NCBI GenBank assembly: GCA_951406725.2
Contig: OX597815.1
Location: 27,962,001 to 28,026,000, forward strand
Direction: 5' to 3'
Source of the DNA: Octopus vulgaris
Lineage: Eukaryota
DNA: 64,000 nt
Shown in pieces: positions 43,570-56,998 of the stretch (the stretch's first letter is position 1; every line of letters starts with the position of its first letter). Below the pieces are notes generated by a model that saw nothing but the letters and a program-made list of their open reading frames with translations, did no database searches and was not told where the DNA came from. Made by a program: the position numbers and the translations under genes.

Positions 43570-45568
43570 TACATACATACATATCATTACTATTGATGTA
43601 AAATAGTAAAGAAGATGATATAGTGTGTGATGCATATATATGCATAACAATAAAATATGTACATGTTATATATATATATTTGCATGTATACATAAACATT
43701 CATATTTATGCATAAATATATACATTCATATATATATATACATTTTTATATGTATTCATATATATATGTATATACACACATGCATGCTCACATATAATAC
43801 ACAGAATATATCTACATATAATATAAATATATGTGTGTGTATGTATGTATAAGATATATACACACACGTGTATATCATCTTCATCACCATCTTTTAATGT
43901 GACCATGGAAGATGGATGATAGATGATTATATATATATATACACATATATATTAATGTCTGTTTTTATGTTCATTTATAATAAAAATAATTTTACATTAA
44001 TTTCAAGGGTTACTCCATACTTTTGTAGAGTGCAAATTTATTAATCTCTGGCAAGAATAGTTTTGACAGTGACAGCAAAGTTTTGACCAGCTAAGCCATC
44101 ATCAGACTGTGTGTGTATGCATGTACACACACACACACACACACAATAAGAAAGAGAGGGAACTGGTGATAGGAAGGACAACTAGCAGCAAAAACCATGC
44201 TAAAAAGGATAAAATGAATGAAAGACATGTGGAGTCCAGAAGCCACACTGAAGCAACCCATCTAGAAGAGTACTAACTCTAAAATGAAATCTCATACAGA
44301 GCAGAGTACATACAAAGAAAGTCTCTACTTCCAGTTGTATGGTAAAATGCTCCCAGTTTACACTACAAAGTGGCTGGTGACAAAAAGCGCATTCAGCCAT
44401 AAAAGCCATGCCAAACAAAGAAAAAAATAAATAAATAAAAATAAAATAAATTAAAAACAAATGATTAAATAATACATGGCCATTTCCTCTTTAGCTATCT
44501 TTACCAGATAACAAAGTACTATGAAAGGAGGCAAGATACTTTGAGATTTGTCCAACCCATAAAGCATGAAAATATGGAGATAATAATGTTAATGATGGTG
44601 ATGATGATGATGATGAGGATACTGTGTGTGTGTGTGTATGGCAGGTTGTATTGGATGCTATTGATATCATGTAAACCAGTAAAACCTGTTACTTTATTGA
44701 GTTGTGAATAAACTGGCACTTCCACCAGGCTAGCCTGGTGAGGAGGGTGGCTACCCAGCATAGGGTTAATAACTGTCAAGTATTAGGGACTAAGAAAACA
44801 GGAATAAACCTGTTCAAAAATCCCAAAGCTGGCAGCAGATGGTTTGGTGTACCAAACAGCAGTCCCATACATTATTTGGTATATTCCAGTTTCTGCCTGT
44901 GACATGCATAGATGTATGTTTGGTATTGCTACACAAACTCTGGCAAAGGAACTTCACATGTGATTTGCTGTCCTTACTGGTAGGGGAATTCAGCATCAAT
45001 CTATTTGGGCTATATTACCTTCTGTAGCATGCATCCTTTTGTCTGACATGTGCACATGTTCAGGTTACAGAATTAGGACTAGAGAGTGGGGAAGGGTCCT
45101 TGCAAACTTACTGCATTTGAAACAAACAAACACTTTGTAAAGGTTGTTCATTAACAATGCTACATATTTTGGCACTAAGCACTCTCACATATCATTCTTG
45201 ATAGGAAAATCCAATATATACATATATACATATATACGTAGGTATATATTATACATATATATGGTATATATATATAATTTAATGTATACAAGAGCAATAC
45301 ATGAGCTACTTCAAGTTTCATGCTAGGAAAATGTAGTGTTCAGATAAACTTTCACTCTCACTGAATTGAGTGCTTTTTTTGCTGATTCTATCAATAAGTG
45401 AACATCATTCTATATATATATAAGTCTGTGTGGCAAGAGGTTGTTCTCTTCTCGAGATATTTATCCAAGTGTACACTGGTTTAGCTCTATATCAATTAGC
45501 AATATTGGAAATTCTACATGTGCATATGTACTAGTATTTATTATTGGTTCTTCTTCAATATTAGTACT

Positions 45569-45610
45569 TTACACTTTTGAAATTCCAGTTGTTGCTATAG
45601 ATGTTTCCAT
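45569..45610 (-). CDS. Candidate short terminal exon [13 protein letters not shown]
   Basis: Branch-like gctaa, pyrimidine tract and AAG acceptor; phase 0; AATAAA at 45542-45537. No homology support. Confidence 0.25.
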   Translation of the reverse strand: METSIATTGISKV

Positions 45611-45666
45611 CTTTTCGATACAGGAGAAAAATTTTAGCAACACAAAGAAAATGGAGAATTCATACG

Positions 45667-45709
<43 letters not shown>

Positions 45710-45746
45710 CATATATACATACATATATAGATATACACATATATAG

Positions 45747-45803
<57 letters not shown>

Positions 45804-45946
45804 TAGACATATATACATATATAGATATACACATATACATAGACATATATACATATATAGATATACACATATACATAAACATATATACATACATATATAG
45901 ATATACACATATAGATACATATATAGATATACACATATACAGATAC

Positions 45947-45992
<46 letters not shown>

Positions 45993-46284
45993 GGACGTTA
46001 AATGATGATGATATATATATATATATGTATATATATATATGTATATATATGTATGTATCTATGTATCTATGTATCTATGTAAGTTATTGTTCCATTGTTT
46101 AGAAACTTGAAATCTAATAAATTTTAAATATGGAGAAACCTTTAAAAAAATGAGGGCCAAAAAGAAGTTGAGATTCCATGCAACAGAACACAGCATGAAT
46201 ATGTAAATATATGTGTATGTGTGACAGTATATTTACATATACACGTATATGTACATATATCTATTTATCTATCTATATATCTAT

Positions 46285-46830
46285 ATCAAAATAAGCAACA
46301 AGGATATCCAGAGGTAATGCAATACGATTGTTTCATGCAACTCCATTTAATTGAACAATGCAATCATTACATCAATTTAAAATGTAGAGCAATCTTCAGC
46401 TGCACAAAAACATAGAATTTAATTAAATGGCTACGCCATTTAGAATGTCTATCTGTTCTACCCCACCCCAAAAGGATACTACCCTCTGTCTTCTCTCAGA
46501 TTTGATAATCTAGTCTATAAAATTAAAACTAACCCCCCCACCCCAGTTAAAACTAAATAAGAGAAATAATCAGTGAAAAGCAGTGTCTTCCTTGGAAAAA
46601 AAATTCAGTTACAACTGTGATGTTCTTTGTCTATCTCTTTATCCTCTTGGAGATTTTGGATAAAATTATACTAATGGGTCCTTCAAATTTAATTAAATTC
46701 TATGTTTTTGTGCAGCTGAAGATTGTTCTACATTTTAAATTGATGGAATTATTGCCTTGTTCAATTAAATGGAGTAGCATGAAACGATTGTACTGCATTA
46801 CCTTTGGATATTCTTGTTGCTTATTTTGAT
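46285..46830. repeat. Inverted repeat, ~144-bp arms with ~260-bp spacer
   Basis: 46285-46428 versus 46687-46830, high identity. Confidence 0.9.
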
Positions 46831-47124
46831 TTTAATTACCTTATTTTGAAATTGTATGGATAATACCATACTAAATTCTGGTGCCTCAACTTAAGTACCA
46901 TATTCATCTAAATCTATATATCTATATTTATATCTATATCTATATATATGCACATACAAACACATATATACATGCACTCACACATACATAAGATAAACAC
47001 ACTCAGAAATCAGCTTGATGTATGCTCAGAGTTCAGAATAGCCATTAGTTAGAATTTAGTAAGTAGTGAATGCACAAAATGTAAAATTATGCAGTTATGC
47101 AGGCTTATTTGTCTGAACAGTTAC

Positions 47125-47202
47125 CTCTTCAGGTTTATCTGGAAGGTCTATAGAGTCATCAGTTGAGAGATATTGCGAACACGGCCCCATAGCACAAATT
47201 AT
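47125..47202 (-). CDS. slo: Candidate alternative Slo1 C-terminal exon
   Basis: Acceptor tcttcttttgttag, donor GAG|gtaact; 78 nt, phase 0-0. IICAMGPCSQYLSTDDSIDLPDKPEE (IICAM resembles vertebrate IFCLM). Read-through adds VTVQTNKPA* with the stop at 47097-47095. Confidence 0.5.
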
Positions 47203-50200
47203 CTAACAAAAGAAGATTCATATTATTTTGTAGATGGAAATTTGTGCTGTTTAAAACAAAACAAAAATAAAAAGAAAATAAATTAAAAAAAAACGACAAA
47301 CTGGTACTGCTTTGTGAGAACTGAAAAGACAATAATAATTGGTAAAATAAATAAAGACCAAAATGAAAAGGGAGATCACTTTCACTCCTTTTCTTTCTAT
47401 CCACCAGTGAGATTAGTAGGTTGTTTTAGAACCTAAGAATTTAGAAACTCTGTGGGTTAAATAATTAATTTTTAACTGTTGAACTAGATAAAGATATAAA
47501 TAATAGAATGTAAATAAAACAAGTTAAGTTCCTTCCTGAGTCATATAGACTCATGGGTCTGGTTTCCTGGTTTCCATGGTGTACATATTCCACACCTGGA
47601 CAGGATATTGGTCCATAACAGGATTACTCATTTTTGCCACCTGAGTAAACTGGAGCAATGTGAAAGGACGTGTTTTGTTCAAGAACACAATGTGTCACTC
47701 AGTCTAGGAATTGAAACCACAATCTTATGATGATGAGTCCAATACCCTAACCATTATATGACAGTCATTGTTTTTAGTTTCCATCTACCAAATCCACTCA
47801 CAAGGCTTTAGTTGACCTGGGGCTATAATGGAAGACACCTGCCCAAAGGCACTGTGCAGTAAGACTGAACCAAGGCCATATGATTAGAAAGCAAGCTTCT
47901 CAACAACACCTTATTATATATATATATATATATGTTATGTTATGTATATATATGTGTGTGTGTGTGTATACACACACACATACACATTTATTAGCTTAAT
48001 CAGATGAATAGTTAGAGCCACTGACTCTCTTCAGGTCTCTGAAACTGGTGAGAAAGAGAAAGGAATTTATCCCAAAATTGGACTTTTGGATTATAACAGA
48101 ATGGTCAAACGAAGTAATCAATTAAATCTGCAATCCAAAACAGACAGTCTCCTCCAGCGTGATGTCACATAGTTTCAATCTACCAAATTTTACTCCGAAG
48201 TCTTTGATTGATTCAAGCCTAAGTTATAAGACTTTTTCAAAGTATTACACAGCAGGTTCAAATTGAAACCCACACAGTTGAAAAACAATCTTCTTAATCT
48301 TTTACTTGTATGCTTAGAATTGGTGAAAAGTATAAATAGTTATAGTTTAACTTTTGTAACAATAGAAATATTTTGTACATGTGTAAACAAATGTTTAATA
48401 CATTCAATTGTAGTCAGATGTGCTAAGACTTATTGCTGTAAGAACTGTCCAGGGGAAAAATTCTTTTAAACATATGTAAATACATATTTTGTTTTGAACT
48501 GTGAGTGACATCATTGTCATTAGATCACAAGGTGCATGCATTTCTGTGTCAATCTATTCTGTCAGCTATGAAAACTAACTGAGTCCTTCACAGCCTCTGT
48601 AAACATAAAGTATATTTCTGAAAACTGCAAATGGAATTTTGATCTTGACTGAATTGAAAAATTTAGAAACATTAATTTTGTCTAGTCATTTTTTACTACA
48701 ATTCCATTCACATGTAGGATGTCATATAGGAATATAAATTGATCTCAGTACTTGACTGGTACTTTATTTTACCAATCCTAGAATGTTGAAACAAAGTTGC
48801 CCTCTGCAGGATGAATTAAATTTTTTCTTTTTTATACAGACTTTATATGAAAATGTTATCCAAATGTACATTTTTTAATGTTTATTTTTACCATACTATT
48901 TCCAGCTGGATACCTTTCTTACTGTCAACGTTTTTGCAATAAAATTAGGAATGTCAGCCTGGAGGTCAAGGTAAGAAACTTAACACAATATCTGAAATAG
49001 TATGGATTAAAACTTGACCCCAAAAGTCAATAACTCATCACTTTAGCCACACAAATTCTAACTTAATTGATATTTTAATTCTTGATAGTCTAATTCATCC
49101 CATTAATATTTAAAAATTTTGATAGATAATATATTTTTACTTAATTTTTATATATAAATCTTATTTGGTTCTTATTTTTATAGAAAACAATATTGAATTA
49201 TAGAATTATCCTATGCTGATTATGGATTATAATAAATATTTCAGAGTATTCAATAAGTGAGAACTTTCAAAATATGATTTCTTAGAGAAAATGATATACA
49301 CACTTTTACATCCATGAGTTTCAAGTTAGCAAATTTATGGGGAATACAAAATAAATTCTACATATTCTAATCCATACATTCGATGAGTATTGACATATTT
49401 AATTATTCATAAAACACTTGGATATATCAATGATAGTCTTTCACACAATATTCAGAAAAGTTTTCTTCCTCATGTTTCAACACCATAGTCATTAAACAAA
49501 GACCTCCATTGCTTAAGATGACCATACATCAGCACATACAGGTCTGGGTAAGATTTTTTTTTAAAGGAAGGCAGGCAACTGCAAATACATTTAAATCTTC
49601 TCTCTCCATGCTACTGATGTTTATCCCAGGAAACAGCTGTCATCTTGGGCTTGGCACAAGTGTTGTCACAAGAGTTGATGATGGAATGCAAAGAATCAGA
49701 TAAGATACTGCAAGGTATTTTGTCCAATCCTTCAAGAATTTCTTCAATCTATCACTTTGGATGATTTTTTTTATCTACCTTGAAAGTATGACTGTCTCAA
49801 GGTCCAGTCCTTGTTACAGTGTGGTGGCTTGTGTGATTCAATGACTGAGAGCTAAGCCAGTGGGGTACAAGCTTCTGGTAGGGCCTCCCATACTAGGTAC
49901 ACCAGAGGAGAGGGATCAGACTAAAGTGGACTACTTCTTTTCAAAAGTAAAAATGGGTTTGCATAGCTCCAGCACATCGATGACAATTCAAAACTTACAA
50001 CACCTAGAAGAAAGCCTTCCCTCAGGGATAGACCATGCCTTAAGGAAAAGACGACCCAGAATCAAGAACAATAGAGAAAGGTCATTGATGACCTCTGTTC
50101 CATAAGGAGTGGAGAGCTTAAATAAGTCAAAAGTACAAATAACAAAACTGACTTCAGCAGGCTTTCAACTAAAAGTGCAAAGTGTTGGAATAAATACCTT

Positions 50201-50639
50201 TGCCAGTTTGTTGCCGAAACATTAAAATAGCTACAACATAAATGTTTTTTTAGAGTTTCACTCGCAGGATGAGAATTCTCATAGGATTACTACATTGACT
50301 AATGATGTTTCTATAATAACTAAATGCACTTTATATTATTGCTATCTAGGTAGATCTTATAATAACAATTATACAACAAACATAATAGAATATGGTCTAA
50401 TTGTTACACTGAATTCCATTCAAACCAAACATATTAATTATTGAATGACAAGGGAATAGGAATTACATCACCAACTTCATTAGCTTACATGTATTTAAAT
50501 GTTTTCCGAAATAAGATGTTGTATAAGCACTCAGAGGTGAGTGCACTGTTTCTCATTTCAGAAACAGCTTCATTTAATAAATTGATAATATGCTTTGTAC
50601 TCACTCAGCTAATGTTTTATTCTAAAGTATAAATATATT

Positions 50640-51133
50640 CATAATAAATCTCTGAATGAGGTGTAAACAGTAGCTGCATGACAATGTGAAGTATATTTGC
50701 CACTTAAATGTGATTACCACTAAGGGTGGATGCTACTGTAGCTTGTAGCCCCAGGAGAATATCTTCTCCAGCTGGCTATTGACACACTTTCTGTGCCCTA
50801 TCAGTATTTGCAAAGGGAAGCAATCCTTCCCATTGTCGACCTGACGTGATACACATGAACCCAGGTTTCTGGGTATTAACCTGTCGTCAGTGCACGACAA
50901 TCACCAGTCTTCAATGCAAAGGGATCCCAATGCAAATACATATATCGTTTTTCTAGTGACGAAAAGTCACTGATCATGAAAAAGTGTAAACAAACAATAA
51001 TAAATCTCTGAACGAGGTGTAAACAGTTGCTGCATTACAATGTGAAGTATATTTGCCACTTGAATGTGGCTAACCACTAAGGGTGGGTGCTACTGTAGCT
51101 TGTAGCTCCAGGAGAACATCTTCTCCAGCTGGC
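50640..51133 (-). mobile_element. Retrozyme/Penelope-pLTR-like element with terminal direct repeats and a hammerhead motif
   Basis: Near-identical ~138-bp direct repeats at 50641-50778 and 50997-51135 (period 356); flanking duplication TAAATATATT at 50630-50639 and 51134-51143; hammerhead motif in the unique part. Confidence 0.7.
50833..50900 (-). ncRNA. Type I hammerhead ribozyme motif (degenerate)
   Basis: Minus strand reads TTGTC-GTGCA-CTGACGA-CAGG TTAATA CCCA-GAAA-CCTG...CAGG-TC^GACAA. Core CUGANGA and GAAA, stem III ACCTG/CAGGT, GUC triplet and stem I TTGTC/GACAA (bulged) are all present. Confidence 0.65.
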
Positions 51134-51205
51134 TAAATATATTGAATTCTAACAGCTGGTTATCAGTATTGCTATGCCTCAGTGAAATCATAATGTATGT
51201 ATGTA

Positions 51206-51366
51206 TATATTTTAAATGATTTATAGGGAAGACAGGTTGTATTGTAAGCTTTATTTAGCATGACAATTGTTTCAGCTTACATCTGCAGATGTAAGCTGAA
51301 ATGATCATCATGCTAGATAAAGCTTACAGTGCACTCTGTTTTCCCCTCTCTATCATTTAAAATATA
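51206..51366. repeat. Loopless palindrome
   Basis: Perfect 32-bp core tttcagcttacatctgcagatgtaagctgaaa (51270-51301) with imperfect outer arms. Confidence 0.9.
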
Positions 51367-52028
51367 CTAAACATGCACCAAGGAATTCCTTATGCAGATC
51401 CTGCTATGAAAGTGCAGTACCGTGGATGACGCCTGGAAGCTGTAAGTGGTGAGTGTGCTCCCAAGGCACACTACAAGGGACATACCCAAAACAAAGTTTG
51501 AATATTATATTTTAAAGTCTGGTATCTAAACTTGAATTTTAAATATAAAACACACTAACATATGTATTTATTTATTCTGTGTAATAAACATATGAATTAT
51601 CATTAAACGTTTGAATGGATACTAAATTCTGTTGTTTTTTAAACATGTATCATTATGGAAAAACAGCATGTTTGTGTATGATTCAGAAAAAAAAAAAGGA
51701 AAAAAGAAAAAAACAAAAGAGCAAAGTATGGCAAATAACTAATTGATAAAATCAATAGAAAATCACTAAAATATATTTGGTTCCTTCTTTAATTTATGCT
51801 TTGCTTTTTTCACCACTTAAATGTTCAGTTTTGCTAATGATATTAGAAAGTCATGTAGCTGTAGTTTGTTGCAAAGTAAATAAATAATTGAAGATAAAAA
51901 AACTAAAAAGTAAATAAATGAAAATTAAAGCTACAAAATATGAAACAGGTGAAAATATTTTCTTGCTGATATTCATTGATAAAATATACAATACTATAAT
52001 AAAAATAACAACTAATAATGATAATAAT

Positions 52029-52070
<42 letters not shown>

Positions 52071-52077
52071 CATAATG

Positions 52078-52117
<40 letters not shown>

Positions 52118-52150
52118 TAATAATAATAATAATATAAAAATAACAACAAC

Positions 52151-52211
<61 letters not shown>

Positions 52212-52245
52212 CATCATAATAACAATTGAATACAAAATTAATTAC

Positions 52246-52416
52246 CTGGTCTGTAGCTAATAGAGGGAATTCTTGTGATGGGTTCGTTATAACATAACGT
52301 TTTGATGATGGACTTTTCACAGTAGCGCTAGTATCCCGGAACCGGTAGAGACCAATACATAATATGCCAAAATTTCGAAGAGCAGCTAAAAACAAATCTC
52401 CATAACGGCCACTTTC
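52246..52416 (-). CDS. slo: Slo1/BK last constitutive coding exon
   Basis: Acceptor attcttcag, donor CAG|gtaatt; 171 nt, phase 0-0. [28 protein letters not shown]...[19 protein letters not shown]. Confidence 0.96.
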
Positions 52417-53399
52417 CTGAAGAATAATACAACAATACATGTTCATTTGTTGATTACTTCATGATATGTATTGAATACACTGTAATTAGCACCATGAGAT
52501 TTATTTGTAATTTCTCATGATTCAGTCACTGCATAGTTCAGATGGAATATATTTATGAAAATGATGAGGTGAGATGGATATACAGTAAGGTACAAGGAAT
52601 CAGAGCATATATTTTGAGCAGATCTCTTTACTGAAGATTGTTGCCATTGTTCAGCCTCAGGTCAACCCTGATTGAGGAGGCATATAGTGAAAGATGTTCC
52701 AACTATGGCCACCATATCTTTTGAATATCAGGGATGACACTATTATTGAATGCTTTCTTTCCATTCTTAAAAGACAGTTGTAAGTGATTTGAAGAAGATT
52801 TCGCTGTTTTTCTAGCAGTCTAAGTGCTTATGCAGTGGATCCTTTATTGGCTTCTGTCTTAAATATGTGGTGGATAATGTATAATTGATCCCATATTTAA
52901 TGATAAAAATTTCAATGCAACCTTTCTCTCTGAATGTGAGTTTCTGCAACAGAATTTGAACTCAATACACCAAGCTAAAAAAACATCCCTCTGTTATTTA
53001 GTGTCATAGATAGTAACTCATGTGCCACCAAATTAAAGTATAGTGGACTTTTGAGAGCAAAGTGCCACTGCCAAGAATCCATTTGAATAATGATGCTCGG
53101 ATATGAGCCATCAATTCTAAATGCAACAAGCCACAATTTTACCAATTAGGAATATATTAGGCAATGACCTTAAGACTAAACATATGACTGAATTAGCTCA
53201 TCTCCTTCACATTAATTAAAAGTACTAAGAAAAAGTTTACATAAATATGCAAAGATGACAACAAAAAAACAATTTAAAAGAACTTAAAATGAAGATTATG
53301 TTTTAGCTTCTGGAAACATTCTATACAACTATTAATCTTGGGACTATATAGCTGATAACACAGACGTACACAATGTAAAATCACAAACATATAACTCAC

Positions 53400-53594
53400 C
53401 CCATATTGAGCTAGTGGCCCTTCATATAATGAAATCTGTGCAACTCGACATCTGTCTCTGTTAGCCAAGATACTTGGAGTGCTGTAACCACCTCTCATTC
53501 CTGCTCCTTCAGCCAGAATCTGCTCTAGTTCTGGAGTAGCACCACCAGTAATTAAGGTTCGGATCAATGTTAGTGCATTATCGTTAAAGTAACT
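53400..53594 (-). CDS. slo: Slo1/BK exon (RCK2 C-lobe)
   Basis: Acceptor ttctttgacag, donor GGG|gtgagt; 195 nt, phase 0-0. [30 protein letters not shown]...[21 protein letters not shown]. Confidence 0.97.
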
Positions 53595-53760
53595 CTGTCA
53601 AAGAAATGGAAGAGATTACATTTTGGCATAAATATCATTGCTTTACCAATATTACAACAAAGGGGTATTGCAACATATCAATTAACATTTTTACAGATGT
53701 GTAACAATTTTATTGTATTGTAGTAGTGCATGCTATAGATATCATATGATTGTAATAATA

Positions 53761-53901
53761 TAAGGTTGTCCCAAAAGTTCATAGAAAGTCTTGGAAAATA
53801 ATGGTCTTTATTTTGAGGAATAATTTTTGTTGTTTTTGTTAGTACTTGGCGAGTAAAAATTCAATTTTCGCAAGTGTTTACGAACTTTTGGGACAACCTA
53901 A
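53761..53901. mobile_element. mariner-type MITE
   Basis: TIRs ggttgtcccaaaagttc / gaacttttgggacaacc, flanked by TA. Confidence 0.75.
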
Positions 53902-55274
53902 TATGATCTATAGTATGTAGAATCTGTTCTTTTCATGTTATAGATATTCTTGCAAAGTGACCTGGACAAAATGAAGCAACAGATTGCTGACTGGTGAATC
54001 AATTTGGCTATAGAAAAGTGCACCACTATATATTTTGGGAGGAAAAACCAGGAATTTACCTACTTCCTTCACAACATCTGCCTTATGAAAATGACATTGC
54101 TAATGAACACGACATTGGCATTATATGTCAAACAGGTGCTGTGTCCATCTACTGTGATGATAAAAATTTATAAGACAGATATATTGCATCTTTTCTCTGG
54201 TTCACCTCTGGTTGTTATGATAATGGGACTAAATAATACAGATTGAATAATACAAATATGTAAACCATAGATCTGACATTCGAAAGAAAAATGTACACAA
54301 TATGACTATTAAAACTTATGATTTGAAATAACAACTTCCACACAATATCAGTGCAAGCATGGTTAGGTGGTTAAGAAGTTTGCATCACAACTATATGGTT
54401 TTGAATTTGATCTCATGACACAGTATCTTGGGTAAGTGTCTATGACTGTAGCTTCAGGTCAACCCAAACCGTCAGAGTGGAATTTAATAGCTGTTAACAG
54501 TGTTTTAGTCTATTGAAGGGATCATTTCTGTTCTTGAAGGGTAGACTTGATCAATCACCTGTATTAATATCACTACCTGGTTTAGGAATCTGCCATAATA
54601 CAAGCATTCAGGTCAGGCCACAATACAAGCATTAATCTGCCATAATACAAGCATTAAGGCCACCTTTCCTCCTGCCAATTTTGGAGGTCCTGAAAAGAAT
54701 GGTCAACACTACTGTTTCTTCTCTAAGTCATTAAAGAATATTTTAAATAAACTAAACATTCTAAAGACAAAAAAATTGTTAAAAAGAAAGGAAAAGCCCA
54801 TATTAATCCTTAGTTGCCCTAAAACAATTATAGCACTTGTCTTATGAAAAACAAATGAGGAACATTGTTAAAGACAGATCCAGTTCCTATTGTGGCAACT
54901 TGCTTAGTCATGCAATTGATATGAACAAAATTTTTATTGTTCATTTACAGTTTAAGAAAGAAACAAAAATTGGAAATGGTTAATGAATTTTTAAGACTGT
55001 ATACTTTCAAGATTATCTATAAGACTATTACATGCTAATGCAATAGAACTTATCAGATAACTTTAGAGGAGAAAATGTAGCAATTACGTGACTATATGAG
55101 CGAGACAACATATTTTTCAATTACAGTATATGCTACAAACCTCATATATCATCTGATTTTAGTGGCAACTACAAAGATAAATTAATACAGTCCTGTGAAT
55201 GTTAGAACTATAGAGCTAAATATGTTTATCAGTCATGTCCAAAGTTTAAAAAATGTGTTGTATGAATTACTTTA

Positions 55275-55478
<204 letters not shown>

Positions 55479-56998
55479 TCAGCTAAAAATTCTTTCTTTA
55501 GAGAATAATAATAATAATAAAGAAAATTAATTGATTCTTACAGCATTGAATATCTACTCTTTGCATAGGAAGAGGGCCAATTTGAAGCTCATAAAGCAAG
55601 GAACTGCTTCTATCCATTTTCTATCATGTAAATGGGGCTTCACAAGAGTTTATAACAACTCACTGGCCATATTAATGATTGGAATGATGCAAGTAGAGCA
55701 GAAAACTCTCACAAATTGTTTGTAAGGAATAAACCCTGACAATTAAACATCTGTAAGCCTTGGTTCTTCAAAGAGAGAGTTTACAACATGGATAGTTTTT
55801 ATTTTTGTCAGTTTGGCTGGGTGGAAGCAATTGTTCTGTCTTTTGAAAACCCTCTGAGACCAGCAAAATTGCTGGAGTTGATGCTGCTGGTATTTCATAA
55901 AACTATCATTTTAATGAGTAAAGGCTAGGGGAGTTTGCTAGTGCAAAGCCTGGGGGTGAGTGAGTGAAATATAGGTGATGGAAGGAGATGAAAGAGCTTA
56001 GGAGTGGTATGGAAGGGTCATTGTAATTGTGGCAGAGAAAACAGCACATCTGTGGGTTAGAGATTAGAGTGTGTTGGTGAGTGACTTCAAGCAAACCAAT
56101 CAGGTGGTATTGTTTTGTATATTGCCCTGGATGTCAATGCATAGTAGCAGTATCATTCCAGATTGTGAGTCTCATGAACTTTATATGGGATTAGTAATTT
56201 TTTGGAGTTAAAATATTGTCAGGCTCCAAAGAGGAAAACAAGTGTTTAGGATACTGTCTTTACTACACTGAGGATGTGAGAGGCTTGGGATTTGTCGAAG
56301 CCTTACATTTTCCAATTGTATATTCTTCATATTTAGTGGAAATACAATAATTTTTCATGGTATGTGTAATGATTGTATTTTTGTGCTGTTAAAGCATTAA
56401 TATTTAAATTGCAATTGTAATGTATATTTTAGATTGGGATCTAATTTCACTGCCTTGAAATATATATATGGATATGATTCTCTATAAAACATAACACTTG
56501 CTGTATTGATACTGTAGTTGTGCTTTTACAATACATGGAAGGAGAATGTTAAATTGTAAACTGTAGTTGATATATTTTTGTTCTTAAACTTTTGGTTTGG
56601 AAAGAGATTGGATAGTAACCTTCTAAGAACAGGTAACATTACTTTAGCAATGACTCATCAAAGACAACTAAAATTCACCATTATTTCAGACAATCAAAGC
56701 TTTCTTTAGATTTTACCTCCATGGTAAACTTATCAAATACTAGCACTTTTCCTATGTCTTTCTGTTTAACATTTTTTTTATTGAAACTGTTGATTAAATA
56801 AATAAGGGCAGTGAAAGTCAATAAAAATTTTAATTAGGAAGAATCTATGTAAAATAGGAATTTTCAGAAAGTAGTTCTATAACAAAATCTATTTTCGATA
56901 GGAACTTTTCAACTGAAAATTATTTTTCCATCCATTAGTTGTTTTACTTAAAGTTTTTATACATTTATAGAACAAAATTACAAATGAAAACAACATAC

